Shown piece after piece: positions 28,158-37,013 of a DNA stretch of 64,000 nucleotides. This DNA is from a virus. Its lineage: Duplodnaviria; Heunggongvirae; Uroviricota; Caudoviricetes. Each line of letters begins with the position of its first letter. The first letter of the stretch is position 1. The notes below the pieces were generated by a model. It worked only from the letters and a program-made list of their open reading frames with translations. It searched no databases and was not told where the DNA came from. The stretch is from IMG/VR virus record IMGVR_UViG_3300027852_001421. The stretch is one strand, 5' to 3'. Position numbers and translations under genes: made by a program.

Positions 28158-29507
28158 ATGCCGGGGATTGAGGGTTATAAGATCTATCCAACGCCGGGCG
28201 ACCTGTCGCCCGTGCTGCGCCAATATTGCATGGAGGCCGGGAACAGCGGCATCTTTATCTTCCACCACCGGTTCTGCGTCTGCCCCTTTCCTCTGGCATT
28301 CCCGCTGCCGCTCGAAGATCTGCTTCATGAGCGTGAAAAGGCTGCCATGGCAGCACTCGCGGCCGGAGACACGTGGTCCTACCTGCAGCGCAACGAAAAG
28401 CCTTACCGGCCTGAAGCCCTGATGGAGCTGGTCAATGAAGGCTATTTCTCCAGCAAGCCAGAGGATTACTGGCGGCTCGTGCGCAAGGTTTGGGTGGATA
28501 GCGATCTGCCCGAAGATGACCCCTACTGGGCGGAAATGCTCGACGTAGAGATTGGGGGTATTCAGGCCATGATGGGCAAAGAGGATAGCGCCGCCTTGGA
28601 AGCGATGCCCGCGATCATTCAAGTCTGGCGCGGTGTTGAGGGTTTGGATGCGGCAGCGGCGCAGGAGGCTGTGACATCTGGCCATAGCTGGAGCATTGAC
28701 CAGAAGATCGCAGAGCGCTTTGCGAAAAGCTTTGCACGGAGTACCGGTGGCGCCTGGGTCGCAAGCGCCCAGATCCCGAAAACTCAGGTCGTTGCTTATC
28801 TGACCAATCGCGGCGAGGCGGAGATCATCCTTCGGCCGCGCGATATTGCCGATCTGAAGTTTAACCTGACCTCTCTCGGGTCGAAGGTGCAGGGGTTTTC
28901 AGACCTTCGGGATAGACTGCCCAAGAAACAGCATAACGGAGAGACCATGACCTTCACTGACAAGATCAAAGCGCACCTTGAGAGCTTCAAGAACGACGAA
29001 GAGGGCCACAAGCTCTTCCCACTCGCGGATTGGCGCTATGAAGTCGATAACGATGACACCAGCCTGGGCTATGACGATTGGCTTTCGGACAAGATCGACT
29101 TCGAAGTCGATGATATTGTGGATACCGTCGACCGCTTTATCTATCGCGGCTGCAAAGCCACCGACGGCGAGATCTCCGAGATTGAGTTCAACCGCGATGT
29201 GGTCGACACCTTCTCGACCCTGCGGATCATCGATGACGAAGCTGTTGATCGCGCCAATGGGTTTTTGAACGAGAAGCCTGAAAAGCCCGTCTTCGGTGAA
29301 AGCTTCGGCGCTGTACCCTCTGATGTTGCCGCAGATCTTTCGCGGATCGCGCATCTTGGCATGGTCTTTTTTGAAGGCCGCTGTAGCGTAGAAAAGCTGA
29401 TCTCTGTTATGGCCGAGACAGCCACAAAATATGACATGGAGGGTGACGGCGCGGAGGCCGTCCGCGCGCGGGCCGGTCATACCCCGGACGAAACCCCGCA
29501 ACCTTGA
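28158..29507 (+). CDS. ORFan protein translationally coupled to the NrtR-like gene; weak R-S-E ADP-ribosyltransferase-like motif set
   Basis: ATG 3 nt after the NrtR stop. N-terminal half contains VWRGVEG, then SGHSWSIDQ (STS-like), then NRGEAEIIL (E-x-E). C-terminal half is very acidic. Confidence 0.45.
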   Translation: MPGIEGYKIYPTPGDLSPVLRQYCMEAGNSGIFIFHHRFCVCPFPLAFPLPLEDLLHEREKAAMAALAAGDTWSYLQRNEKPYRPEALMELVNEGYFSSKPEDYWRLVRKVWVDSDLPEDDPYWAEMLDVEIGGIQAMMGKEDSAALEAMPAIIQVWRGVEGLDAAAAQEAVTSGHSWSIDQKIAERFAKSFARSTGGAWVASAQIPKTQVVAYLTNRGEAEIILRPRDIADLKFNLTSLGSKVQGFSDLRDRLPKKQHNGETMTFTDKIKAHLESFKNDEEGHKLFPLADWRYEVDNDDTSLGYDDWLSDKIDFEVDDIVDTVDRFIYRGCKATDGEISEIEFNRDVVDTFSTLRIIDDEAVDRANGFLNEKPEKPVFGESFGAVPSDVAADLSRIAHLGMVFFEGRCSVEKLISVMAETATKYDMEGDGAEAVRARAGHTPDETPQP

Positions 29508-29552
29508 TGATGTGAGCTTCTGGGGCGCCCGTGGCGCCCCGAAATTGCTGCG

Positions 29553-30185
29553 TTACACGCCGGCTATAGGCGCGTAATAGTCGACGTGGCCCGGTACCTG
29601 GCTCGGATCAATGACCGCGCGCCAGATCCGATCATCGATCAAGTCTGACAGATCATTGGCGATATCGGCCTCATCACCGATCAGCGGTGCGGCATGGAAA
29701 TCAAAGAAGAGATCACGCTGAGCATCATCCCATTCCGAGACCGGGCCCCAGTCATCTGCATCCTTCGGGTACTTTGAGAACGGAACGAAGCCTGGACGCT
29801 CGGTAAGCTCTGCCTCGACCCGGTCACGCCATTCTTCTTTGCGCGCATCATCCATCGAGGCGAAAGCCTCCTCGAGATCGCGCAGGGGATAGGTCACGAT
29901 GATCTCATCATTGCCCATCGCGTAATCCCGTGGCGAAATGATCTTCTGGAAAGACATGTCGAGATCGGAGATCTCCGCAGCCTTCTGGGTGTAGGCTTGG
30001 ATATAGGCAAGGTGTACCTCAGCCCAACGCACATTCGAGCTGCAGATCTCTTGCTGCTCTGCCCCCTCATCATTTGTGTTGATCTGTTCCAGCGCGATAT
30101 CCATCATTTGATCATGAATGGTATTATAAAGCCCTGAAAAGGGCAGTTTGACAGTGACGCGGTCAGTCTCGGGGGCTTTTGACAT
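29553..30185 (-). CDS. hypothetical acidic protein (210 aa)
   Basis: AAGGAG 7 nt before ATG at 30185. Confidence 0.55.
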   Translation of the reverse strand: MSKAPETDRVTVKLPFSGLYNTIHDQMMDIALEQINTNDEGAEQQEICSSNVRWAEVHLAYIQAYTQKAAEISDLDMSFQKIISPRDYAMGNDEIIVTYPLRDLEEAFASMDDARKEEWRDRVEAELTERPGFVPFSKYPKDADDWGPVSEWDDAQRDLFFDFHAAPLIGDEADIANDLSDLIDDRIWRAVIDPSQVPGHVDYYAPIAGV

Positions 30186-30466
30186 GAGTTGGATCTCCTT
30201 GGTTGCCTCCAATATGGAGGCATCCCGCGAAAAAGAAGATTCCGTTCAGACTGTCAGGAAGGTCGAACCGAAGGTGACGAGCGTTCCTGCGACCCCCATG
30301 TCGAAGAGGTAGACGCAAAGGGCAGTCACGAAGAGCGAGATGAAAAACTTATGTCCAAACCTGTCCAAGTCGGTATTCCTCCAGTAGATAGATAATCTAT
30401 GCTTGCTTTGTTTTTCGCAACACCTTAGATAAGCCAGACCAAGATATTCAAAGAGGGACGAGAGAG

Positions 30467-31039
30467 ATGGAAGTTAATCTGCGCAAAGCGAATGCAATCC
30501 AGCACGAGATCAAGAATGCGATCCGCGCACTCGAAGCCCCTACCCGCGTCGATATCACCGAGTTTGAAAACGGTGAAGATGCTATTGCGAAAACAAAAGA
30601 GAAGGCGCTTGAAGCGCGTCGCTCCTGGGACGATCTGACCAAGACCCTCTACGACATCCGTCGTAAGGTCGGCGTGGCAAACACCACCTCCGGGATCGAC
30701 ACGGCCCTTTCCGAGGTTGCTGAGATCGACGATCGCGTTGCGATGCTGCGCCATCTCGTGGCACCCTCCGCTCAGCGTATGGAGCCTGAGGTCCTGGCCG
30801 GTCGTTTGAATAAGTTGAAAGACTCGCCGCGGGAAACGCATCATTATGCGATGCCCGACGAAAAGGTCACCACTGGCATCTACACGGCTGATGAGATCGA
30901 AGCCTTCAACGCCGAGATTGCAAATCTGCGCCGGCGCAAGCGCGCGTTGCAGGATGATCTGCTCGCTATGAACGTACAGAATACGATCGGGCTCACCGAT
31001 GAGAGCATTACATGCCTCCAGGGTGCCGGTATCGTTTAA
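30467..31039 (+). CDS. hypothetical coiled-coil protein (190 aa)
   Basis: GGGACGAGAGAG-ATG. TTTTTCGCA motif about 50 nt upstream. Heptad-rich sequence. The antisense 239-aa track ORF is judged a shadow. Confidence 0.55.
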   Translation: MEVNLRKANAIQHEIKNAIRALEAPTRVDITEFENGEDAIAKTKEKALEARRSWDDLTKTLYDIRRKVGVANTTSGIDTALSEVAEIDDRVAMLRHLVAPSAQRMEPEVLAGRLNKLKDSPRETHHYAMPDEKVTTGIYTADEIEAFNAEIANLRRRKRALQDDLLAMNVQNTIGLTDESITCLQGAGIV

Positions 31040-31373
31040 GTTTGATGGCACGTCGCCGCCCACGGGTGGCGATAACCATCCGGAAAGGGAGTTGAGAGAC
31101 AGGTTATTTATGCGGTCATTCACCGCATGATCCTCAAGCTTCACTGCTTGCTATGGCTCATAAAAAGGCGTGTTCCGGTGTCACCCAGGCCCTACCAGAA
31201 GCCAAGTGCATTTTGATCACCGGTTTAAGCCTCTTTTGCACAGTTGCTTCTTGCATCTTGCCATCCTCGCGGAGTGCTTATTGCTTTACCTGGCTATCGC
31301 CCCTTTCCGTCAAATACCCCTAAAGGCGCAAGATCAGCGGGCGCACGCACATGCGGTCGCCCTGCCCGACGGC

Positions 31374-31955
31374 TCACTTGTCTAGGTAGACCATGATGGT
31401 GCCCTCATCCGGGCAGGCAGCACCAAGATCCGCAGGTGTCGGTCGCCCATTGATGACGGTGGCATTACGACCTTCCGATACGGTCATGTTGCGGACGCTC
31501 AACCCTGAGGCTTCGGAAATTGACATCATCTGCTCGCCGACCCGCAGGCAGACGGATTTGGGGATGTTGACCAACTCCAGCCTCAATCCAGCAGGATCGG
31601 TTGGCATGTTGCTACCGATCCAAAATTCACCCCCCCAGGCATGCTCAAGAATTTCATTCGTCTCATCGAAATGGAAGGCGCTCCCCTCTGTCAGGAAACC
31701 CGCCTTGTGCAGGATGAGAGGGATGTTCGCGCCATCGAGGTCCGAGAGGTCCCCTTCCTGCGACAGGTTCAACGTTGCGGGGAGCATGGCCGCCATGCCG
31801 CGGGTGGTTGCATCAATCTTGGAACTCTCTTGAGCTTGTTGAAAAAAGACGATGCCGCCTACGATCACTGCCAAGGCGATGACGAGGTAGAGCACCCCTT
31901 CAATGAGGGAAATCCCGCGCCGGCGCGCAGAGGTGCGTAGGGAGATAAATTGCAT
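31374..31955 (-). CDS. prepilin-type N-terminal cleavage/methylation domain protein (type IV pilin or pseudopilin-like), orphan
   Basis: MQFISLRTSARRRG-ISLIEGVLYLVIALAVIVGGIVFF. Basic leader, G at -1 and E at +5, then a hydrophobic helix: a class III signal peptide. Confidence 0.6.
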   Translation of the reverse strand: MQFISLRTSARRRGISLIEGVLYLVIALAVIVGGIVFFQQAQESSKIDATTRGMAAMLPATLNLSQEGDLSDLDGANIPLILHKAGFLTEGSAFHFDETNEILEHAWGGEFWIGSNMPTDPAGLRLELVNIPKSVCLRVGEQMMSISEASGLSVRNMTVSEGRNATVINGRPTPADLGAACPDEGTIMVYLDK

Positions 31956-32161
31956 GTTGGATACCTTGAGCTGTTTCTGCTCATTAGGATGCCACAGTCA
32001 GTTTTTCGCATCATTCCCGGTACAGTGGAAACTTGTGGCCAAATGATCCCATGGGAGGCAATACAAGCTCCAGTTTCTCCATGAAATAGGGGGATAATGA
32101 GAGCAAAGCATTTGGATTTATAGCGAGGTTCTGAGAAACCCATTCCTACGCCAAATCATGC

Positions 32162-32716
32162 TCAACCGGCGTGCAGCTCATTATTTCCAAAGATATTTGG
32201 CGATAAATACAGCCCGCGGCGCCAGAACCAATGCGGGGGTTTATCATAGGTGAACGTGGGGATAGTCTCCCACGAGCCCCTGGCAACAACCTCCTTCATG
32301 ACATCCCGTGCAGCTGTCTCGAAGTGCTGACATCGCGTAATCTCCTCATCGATTCTGAAGGTAACGTCATAGGCCCAGACCTGAGACGCATAGCGCAATG
32401 TCACAGCAGTTTCCGAGTGGGCTTGAACGGAACCATCAGGGTAAAATTCGCATGACACCTTCATAGGTCGGAACGTGTCATGCTGAGTATGCTCAACCCA
32501 GGCCACCACTTTAATGTCGCCAACAGCCCTTACCTTGATGCGCTCTTCTGCCAAGAGCTTTTCGCCGGGTGTGGTCGCCGCCAGGAAGACGTCGGCTGCC
32601 CTATTCTTTGGGGATCGGACCTCGATCCCAGCGAACCACATGATGCCATAGACGACCGCGATATAGGCCATCACGCGCACGGTCACCTCCCAGATGTTCA
32701 AACGTTTTTCGCTCAT
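32162..32716 (-). CDS. membrane-anchored protein, paralog of 32768..33301
   Basis: N-terminal TM helix. Shared C-terminal blocks (KV.C.F..DG.V.A..E, RC.HFE.AA, W..IP.F.Y) with the upstream gene. Confidence 0.55.
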   Translation of the reverse strand: MSEKRLNIWEVTVRVMAYIAVVYGIMWFAGIEVRSPKNRAADVFLAATTPGEKLLAEERIKVRAVGDIKVVAWVEHTQHDTFRPMKVSCEFYPDGSVQAHSETAVTLRYASQVWAYDVTFRIDEEITRCQHFETAARDVMKEVVARGSWETIPTFTYDKPPHWFWRRGLYLSPNIFGNNELHAG

Positions 32717-32767
32717 GAAGGTGGTCCTATGCTTCCTGGAGGCCGATGGCGTGTTGGCCCCACAATA

Positions 32768-33301
32768 TCAGTGGTATTTGAATTCCGGGATGGATTTCCA
32801 AAACCCATCCTTCACCGCACTCTCCATTCCGCGTTGAGCGGCCATTTCAAAATGCGCACAGCGTGCGATCGCCTCGTCGATCTTGCCGGTCACTTTGTAG
32901 TTCGAGAGATTGGTGCTCCAACGCCCGCTCACAAGAACTTCGGCATAGGCATCGACTCCGCCATCCCGGCTGAAAACGCAGGTGACCTTGGTCCGACGTG
33001 TGTCGCGATATTTTCGGCCGCTCACCATAGCCACGATGGTCTTGTCCTCGCCGCGGCCGGTCAAGATCATCCCTTCCTCGAGCAAACCGCCGCTGTCTCG
33101 GGTGGCATTCAGGAAATTCTCAGCAGCTTTGGTCCGAGATGTGCGCACATCAGCCCCAATTGCCCATGCGAAACCGATCGTGATTGCAAAGACCGCACCC
33201 AGAACGAAGCAGGCGCCAATGATGCTGGTAATGAAGTCTTTCACAGGCGTGTTTTGCTCAGGGAGGCCCCGCTCGAGATCTTGTTTGTCTGTCGATGACA
33301 T
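32768..33301 (-). CDS. membrane-anchored protein, paralog of 32162..32716
   Basis: Start MSSTDKQ (alternative ATG 18 nt upstream at 33319). Same domain organisation as the downstream paralog. Confidence 0.55.
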   Translation of the reverse strand: MSSTDKQDLERGLPEQNTPVKDFITSIIGACFVLGAVFAITIGFAWAIGADVRTSRTKAAENFLNATRDSGGLLEEGMILTGRGEDKTIVAMVSGRKYRDTRRTKVTCVFSRDGGVDAYAEVLVSGRWSTNLSNYKVTGKIDEAIARCAHFEMAAQRGMESAVKDGFWKSIPEFKYH

Positions 33302-33403
33302 TGGCTTTTCTCTTCTCATGGATATTTGACAGCGCCCTGTGGTGCGGTCTTCTTGGCGATCAGCTATGCCAGGAAATCTGGCGCGCAATCCTAAAAGAGA
33401 AGG

Positions 33404-33527
33404 CTCTCCCAGAGATTTGCGGAGCAAACTCGTCGGAGCAACGCGCATCGCTGAAGCGATACGCTGGCTCGCACTTCCTTCGGAAATGCTGCCGCCTGTC
33501 ACTCCCTGACGGGAGTGACTATGCGAA
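33404..33527 (+). repeat. approximately 125-nt intergenic element, copy 1 of 2 (other copy 57469..57593), containing palindrome GCGCATCGC-N4-GCGAT(A/G)CGC and ending in hairpin plus TATGCGAAAA
   Basis: About 85% identity to 57469..57593 over the core ctctcccagagattt...cgctggctc(g/a)cac....ctgtcac. Confidence 0.55.
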
Positions 33528-33969
33528 AATAAAATATGATGATGTATTGTGTTTGCGAAAATCACTATCTATCTAGGTGGTATCAGAGAGGCCCCGGAGC
33601 TCGTAAGAAGAGTCCCGGTCTTTAAAACCGGTTGTCTGGGGGCGGAGCCCAGCGGGGTCACCATCTGAACCGTACTGCGAAAAATGTGGATTGACCTCTT
33701 TACAGTAGATCAAGCATCCCTATATTCAAATCACGATGAACAGAACCCCCCTGCCCCATGCAGGTCACTTGAAAGGACAGATCATGAGCAAGGATTAAAC
33801 CAGCGTCTCACTCCGCACCAAAGACGACACGGCGCCTCCTGGCGACGATGCATATCGTGGGTTTACCCGCGAGCTGAAGACCACCGCTTCACCGTCGAGC
33901 TCCGCTCAGCAGGTTGAAGGCCTCGGTGATGATCTTCGCCTCTATTCCATTCTCAGAACAGATATCACC

Positions 33970-34305
33970 ATGTCGCAAGGCAAGGCGAATGCCCAATGTG
34001 GTCACGCCTATGTCGCAGCTGCAATCGGTGCTCTGGGCACGCCTGAAGGCGATGCCTATGCCTCTCTGAGCCCTGGAACCAAGATCTGCCTCGATGGCGG
34101 ATCTCTTCAGAAGATGCAGCTCCTGATCGAGCAGATCTCCCTGCAGGGCATTCCCTGCTTTCCCATCATCGACCGCGATCATGTGGAGCTGCCTGACTTT
34201 GATGGCTCTCCGATCCTGACGGCCATTGGCCTCGGGCCCTTCACGCGTGCCGATACGCCACGCGCTCTGCGCAAACTAAAGCTTTTTAAAGGACTTCAAG
34301 CATGA
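33970..34305 (+). CDS. peptidyl-tRNA hydrolase, PTH2 (archaeal/eukaryotic-type) family; annotated from first ATG but homology continues upstream
   Basis: MSQGKANAQCGHA matches the PTH2 GKGK(I/V)AAQC(S/A)HA catalytic region. C-terminal GLGPFT...RKLKLF matches the GIGPGP...GHLKLY end of PTH2. The in-frame upstream codons LRLYSILRTDIT align with the first beta-strand of PTH2, yet no ATG/GTG/TTG precedes them before an in-frame TAA at 33796. Confidence 0.6.
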   Translation: MSQGKANAQCGHAYVAAAIGALGTPEGDAYASLSPGTKICLDGGSLQKMQLLIEQISLQGIPCFPIIDRDHVELPDFDGSPILTAIGLGPFTRADTPRALRKLKLFKGLQA

Positions 34306-34775
34306 CCGACTTTTCCAATTGTCCCGACTGTGGCGGCTACACCCCAGAGGGCACGCCACTTTGCACGACCTGCAACAGCACCGGCCGGCGCCAGCTGACC
34401 GAGGAGCATATCGATCTGGCGATCAGTGCCAAGGAATGGGCCGACGAAGAAGTTGATCGCTTCTTCTCCGAATGGTGCCGTATCAACAGTAAGCATCACG
34501 GTTACGGTGTGGCCAGCTGGGAGATCGGCTCGAAGCTCCACATCACCCAGGACACCTCCTGCATGGGCTGCGCCAGCAGTGAGGACCACAGCTTCCCTGC
34601 TGAGTGGTTCTACGCCACCGGTGATGTGCGGACTGCGCTGATCGAAAAAGACCTCAAAGATAAACAGGCAGCTGAGCTCCAGCTTCGCAACAGCTCTCGC
34701 GTGGCCCGCATCGAGCGGCTCAAGAAAGAAGCCGCGGAGCTGGAAGCTGACATCATGAAGGGGGCCCCGGCATGA
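34302..34775 (+). CDS. zinc-ribbon-containing hypothetical protein
   Basis: ATGA overlap with pth2. N-terminal CPDCGG...CTTCNSTG. Confidence 0.55.
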   Translation: MTDFSNCPDCGGYTPEGTPLCTTCNSTGRRQLTEEHIDLAISAKEWADEEVDRFFSEWCRINSKHHGYGVASWEIGSKLHITQDTSCMGCASSEDHSFPAEWFYATGDVRTALIEKDLKDKQAAELQLRNSSRVARIERLKKEAAELEADIMKGAPA

Positions 34776-35248
34776 GAAAAGCACCCTTCCAGAACAGCCA
34801 GCAGTGGAAGATCGAGCGCGAACATTCGCGGATGAAGAGCCACTACAATCAGAAGATCATTCAGATGCGCATCGAGGGCGGCCACGGTCTGACTTGGCTG
34901 CCGCACCTCGACCCCAAGATGAGCGACAGCGATTTGTCGATCGCCTTTTACTGGCTCCTGCGCCCTTGGGATGACAGCCCGGCCGCGCGCCTTGGTCTGC
35001 TCACGCGCGCCTGCCCGCCAGGCGATAAGGATGCCTATCTCCTTCACCGCTTCCTGCTCAAGGGCTGGATCAAGGAGTTCGAACACCGCCAGCGCCGTCT
35101 CAAAGCGCGCTGGAGCGCCCCCGGTGGCGACCCGGACGCGCGCAGCCTCTGCATGCGCAACCGGGCCATCATTACCCGCCTGATTTCGATCTTGCGGGCC
35201 TCGCGACGCTATGCCGGCCAGATGGCCGACCTGGCGCACACCCTGTGA
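34772..35248 (+). CDS. hypothetical protein (158 aa)
   Basis: ATGA overlap with the upstream gene, so third gene of the operon. Confidence 0.5.
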   Translation: MRKAPFQNSQQWKIEREHSRMKSHYNQKIIQMRIEGGHGLTWLPHLDPKMSDSDLSIAFYWLLRPWDDSPAARLGLLTRACPPGDKDAYLLHRFLLKGWIKEFEHRQRRLKARWSAPGGDPDARSLCMRNRAIITRLISILRASRRYAGQMADLAHTL

Positions 35249-35306
35249 CCCCAGCAGCCGGGTCGTAATGGTGCGGTCCCGGCGTCCAACAAAAAGGAAT
35301 TTGGAC

Positions 35307-35726
35307 ATGACGACGACAGTGACAAAAGCAACATTCCCTACAGTATCTGAAGAGATGAAGGCTGCGGCAGCACGCTACCCCGATTGCCTTACGGCGATGC
35401 TGGAGCTCCAGAAGGCGACCGCCTTCAAGGGTTGGTATACGGTCTCCAACGAGGCCGACCAGTCTGCCTACTTCGCTGACAAGCTCGAGTTGAAAACAAA
35501 GGAAGACTACATCGAGATGCGCGATGCTTTGAAAGCCTGGCTGCGTCTCATGGAGACCACGCAGCGCAGCCTGAAAGAGATGACATCTCGTCCGGGGGAT
35601 CAGTCAGCACCCCAGATGCACAAACACTTCGGGGCAGGTCTGGTGACCCAGCTCATCGAGATCCGCCGCGCGGGTAAGGTTTGGTCTGCGGCTCAGGCGA
35701 AGAGCAAACTCGAAGCTGCGGCATGA
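35307..35726 (+). CDS. hypothetical protein (139 aa)
   Basis: AAAGGAAT 6 nt before ATG 35307. Confidence 0.55.
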   Translation: MTTTVTKATFPTVSEEMKAAAARYPDCLTAMLELQKATAFKGWYTVSNEADQSAYFADKLELKTKEDYIEMRDALKAWLRLMETTQRSLKEMTSRPGDQSAPQMHKHFGAGLVTQLIEIRRAGKVWSAAQAKSKLEAAA

Positions 35727-35764
35727 ATAAGCTGGTGGCGGGCTCTGCCGCCGCCCTAGCGGTT

Positions 35765-36031
35765 TTATGGCTCAACAGGATCTTCGTTCTGATCGGGATG
35801 TGGACCTTCGGCGACATTGTCGCGGCGCTTGAAGTTCGCCGGCTCCAGGTCGGAAAGGATATCGAGGCTCTTGGGGTCGTAGTCCTGATTTCCATCATCC
35901 GGGTGCGGCCTTCCATGCTCAACGTGATCCGTAGAGTATGGCGGTGTATCATGCACTTTGATCAGGCTGGGGTCGTACCCCATCTCTGCATCGTCATCTA
36001 CCGAGGTTTCGGGCTCATCGGATTTGGGCAA
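35765..36031 (-). CDS. small acidic protein (TTG start); C-terminus QNEDPVEP
   Basis: Perfect GAAGGAGG 7 nt upstream of TTG. Acidic, Pro-terminated tail like other ORFans here. Antisense to a plus-strand ORF, so strand assignment is by RBS quality. Confidence 0.45.
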   Translation of the reverse strand: MPKSDEPETSVDDDAEMGYDPSLIKVHDTPPYSTDHVEHGRPHPDDGNQDYDPKSLDILSDLEPANFKRRDNVAEGPHPDQNEDPVEP

Positions 36032-36061
36032 TGTCGTCCTCCTTCGCAGTTCCCGCTGAAC

Positions 36062-36283
36062 TCATGCAACAGCAGGTTTGATCTCTCGTGTCGAATAGGT
36101 ATGCCCTGCCAGATCACGGTTGCGGAAGAACTGGTCCATTGCCCAATCCGGCCGATCCGTGGGGAAGCAGGCAACAATCCTGTTCTTGCCATCTAGGATC
36201 TCGAGCATCACCCGCGGTCCCTCGGCGCGCTCAGGCCCGCCTGCAGGCTCAGCTGTCATCACGGTTTTTCCACCCTTATTCAT
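36062..36283 (-). CDS. small hypothetical protein (73 aa)
   Basis: TAAGG before ATG. Immediately upstream (same strand) of the 35765..36031 gene. Confidence 0.4.
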   Translation of the reverse strand: MNKGGKTVMTAEPAGGPERAEGPRVMLEILDGKNRIVACFPTDRPDWAMDQFFRNRDLAGHTYSTREIKPAVA

Positions 36284-36426
36284 AGAACCTTACTCCTCGC
36301 TTCACAACTCAAGCCTATGCTGGACCCGATATCGCGAAAATGCATAGTTATTGGTTATCCACAGAAAGCCGCGCTGCGCTGGCTGTGGGATCTAGAAAGC
36401 CACCTCTTTGCGGATAGTCTGGTGGC

Positions 36427-36744
36427 ATGGATGATAAACACTCTCTCGAATGCCTAGACCCCATGTCCCAGGACTGGGATCCAACGCCGCGCTGGCTGCG
36501 CCGCCTGTTTCGAGGCGTCGTGGGTCTCTTTGGCCTGGCGATGCTTCTGGCGGCCTGGTCGGTTTTCACGTTGGAATCCACCATCAAATGCAAATATCAG
36601 GGTGTCTGTGAAACGCCATCGATCATTGGCCCTCATGCCTTCGGGACACTTTGGCCGCTGATTACCATTGGGCTCTTTTGCCTATGGCTAGCCTGGCGCA
36701 TGTCCGGCGGGACTTCAAAGAACGGGAAGATCCAAAAGCCGTAG
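36427..36744 (+). CDS. small membrane protein (2 TM)
   Basis: 105-aa ORF with two hydrophobic helices. Confidence 0.45.
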   Translation: MDDKHSLECLDPMSQDWDPTPRWLRRLFRGVVGLFGLAMLLAAWSVFTLESTIKCKYQGVCETPSIIGPHAFGTLWPLITIGLFCLWLAWRMSGGTSKNGKIQKP

Positions 36745-36921
36745 CGGCTTTTCTTTTTCGGTCCTGCGGTCTGCCTCATCAAAGAGCTTATCGGTGCTCG
36801 AGGGTACTGTCGGGAAAGCATAGGACCGATAGAGGGGCTCAACCTCGTCGGCCGGAGGTTTCCGTGCCTCTGTATTGCCGCTCAAAAGCGATATGAGGGT
36901 TGCGAGGGTTGTTCTGATCAT
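36715..36921 (-). CDS. small secreted protein (about 68 aa)
   Basis: GGAGAA 6 nt before ATG 36921. Signal-peptide-like MIRTTLATLISLLSGNTEA. Confidence 0.35.
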   Translation of the reverse strand: MIRTTLATLISLLSGNTEARKPPADEVEPLYRSYAFPTVPSSTDKLFDEADRRTEKEKPLRLLDLPVL

Positions 36922-37013
36922 CCGGTTTCTCCGATTACACAGAACAACCATATGCCGCCGTTTTTCGCATCCAACCCTAGCAGGTAATTTTACCCCTCCA
37001 GACACTGAAGGTT

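Noticed and set aside
30425-31144. 239-aa minus-strand ORF
   Set aside because: Antisense to 30467..31039, which has an RBS, an upstream motif and better codon bias.
35681-36196. 171-aa plus-strand ORF (ATGA-coupled candidate MNKLVAG...)
   Set aside because: Overlaps the minus-strand 35765..36031 ORF, which has a perfect GAAGGAGG RBS and the characteristic acidic Pro-terminated tail. Strand choice remains uncertain.
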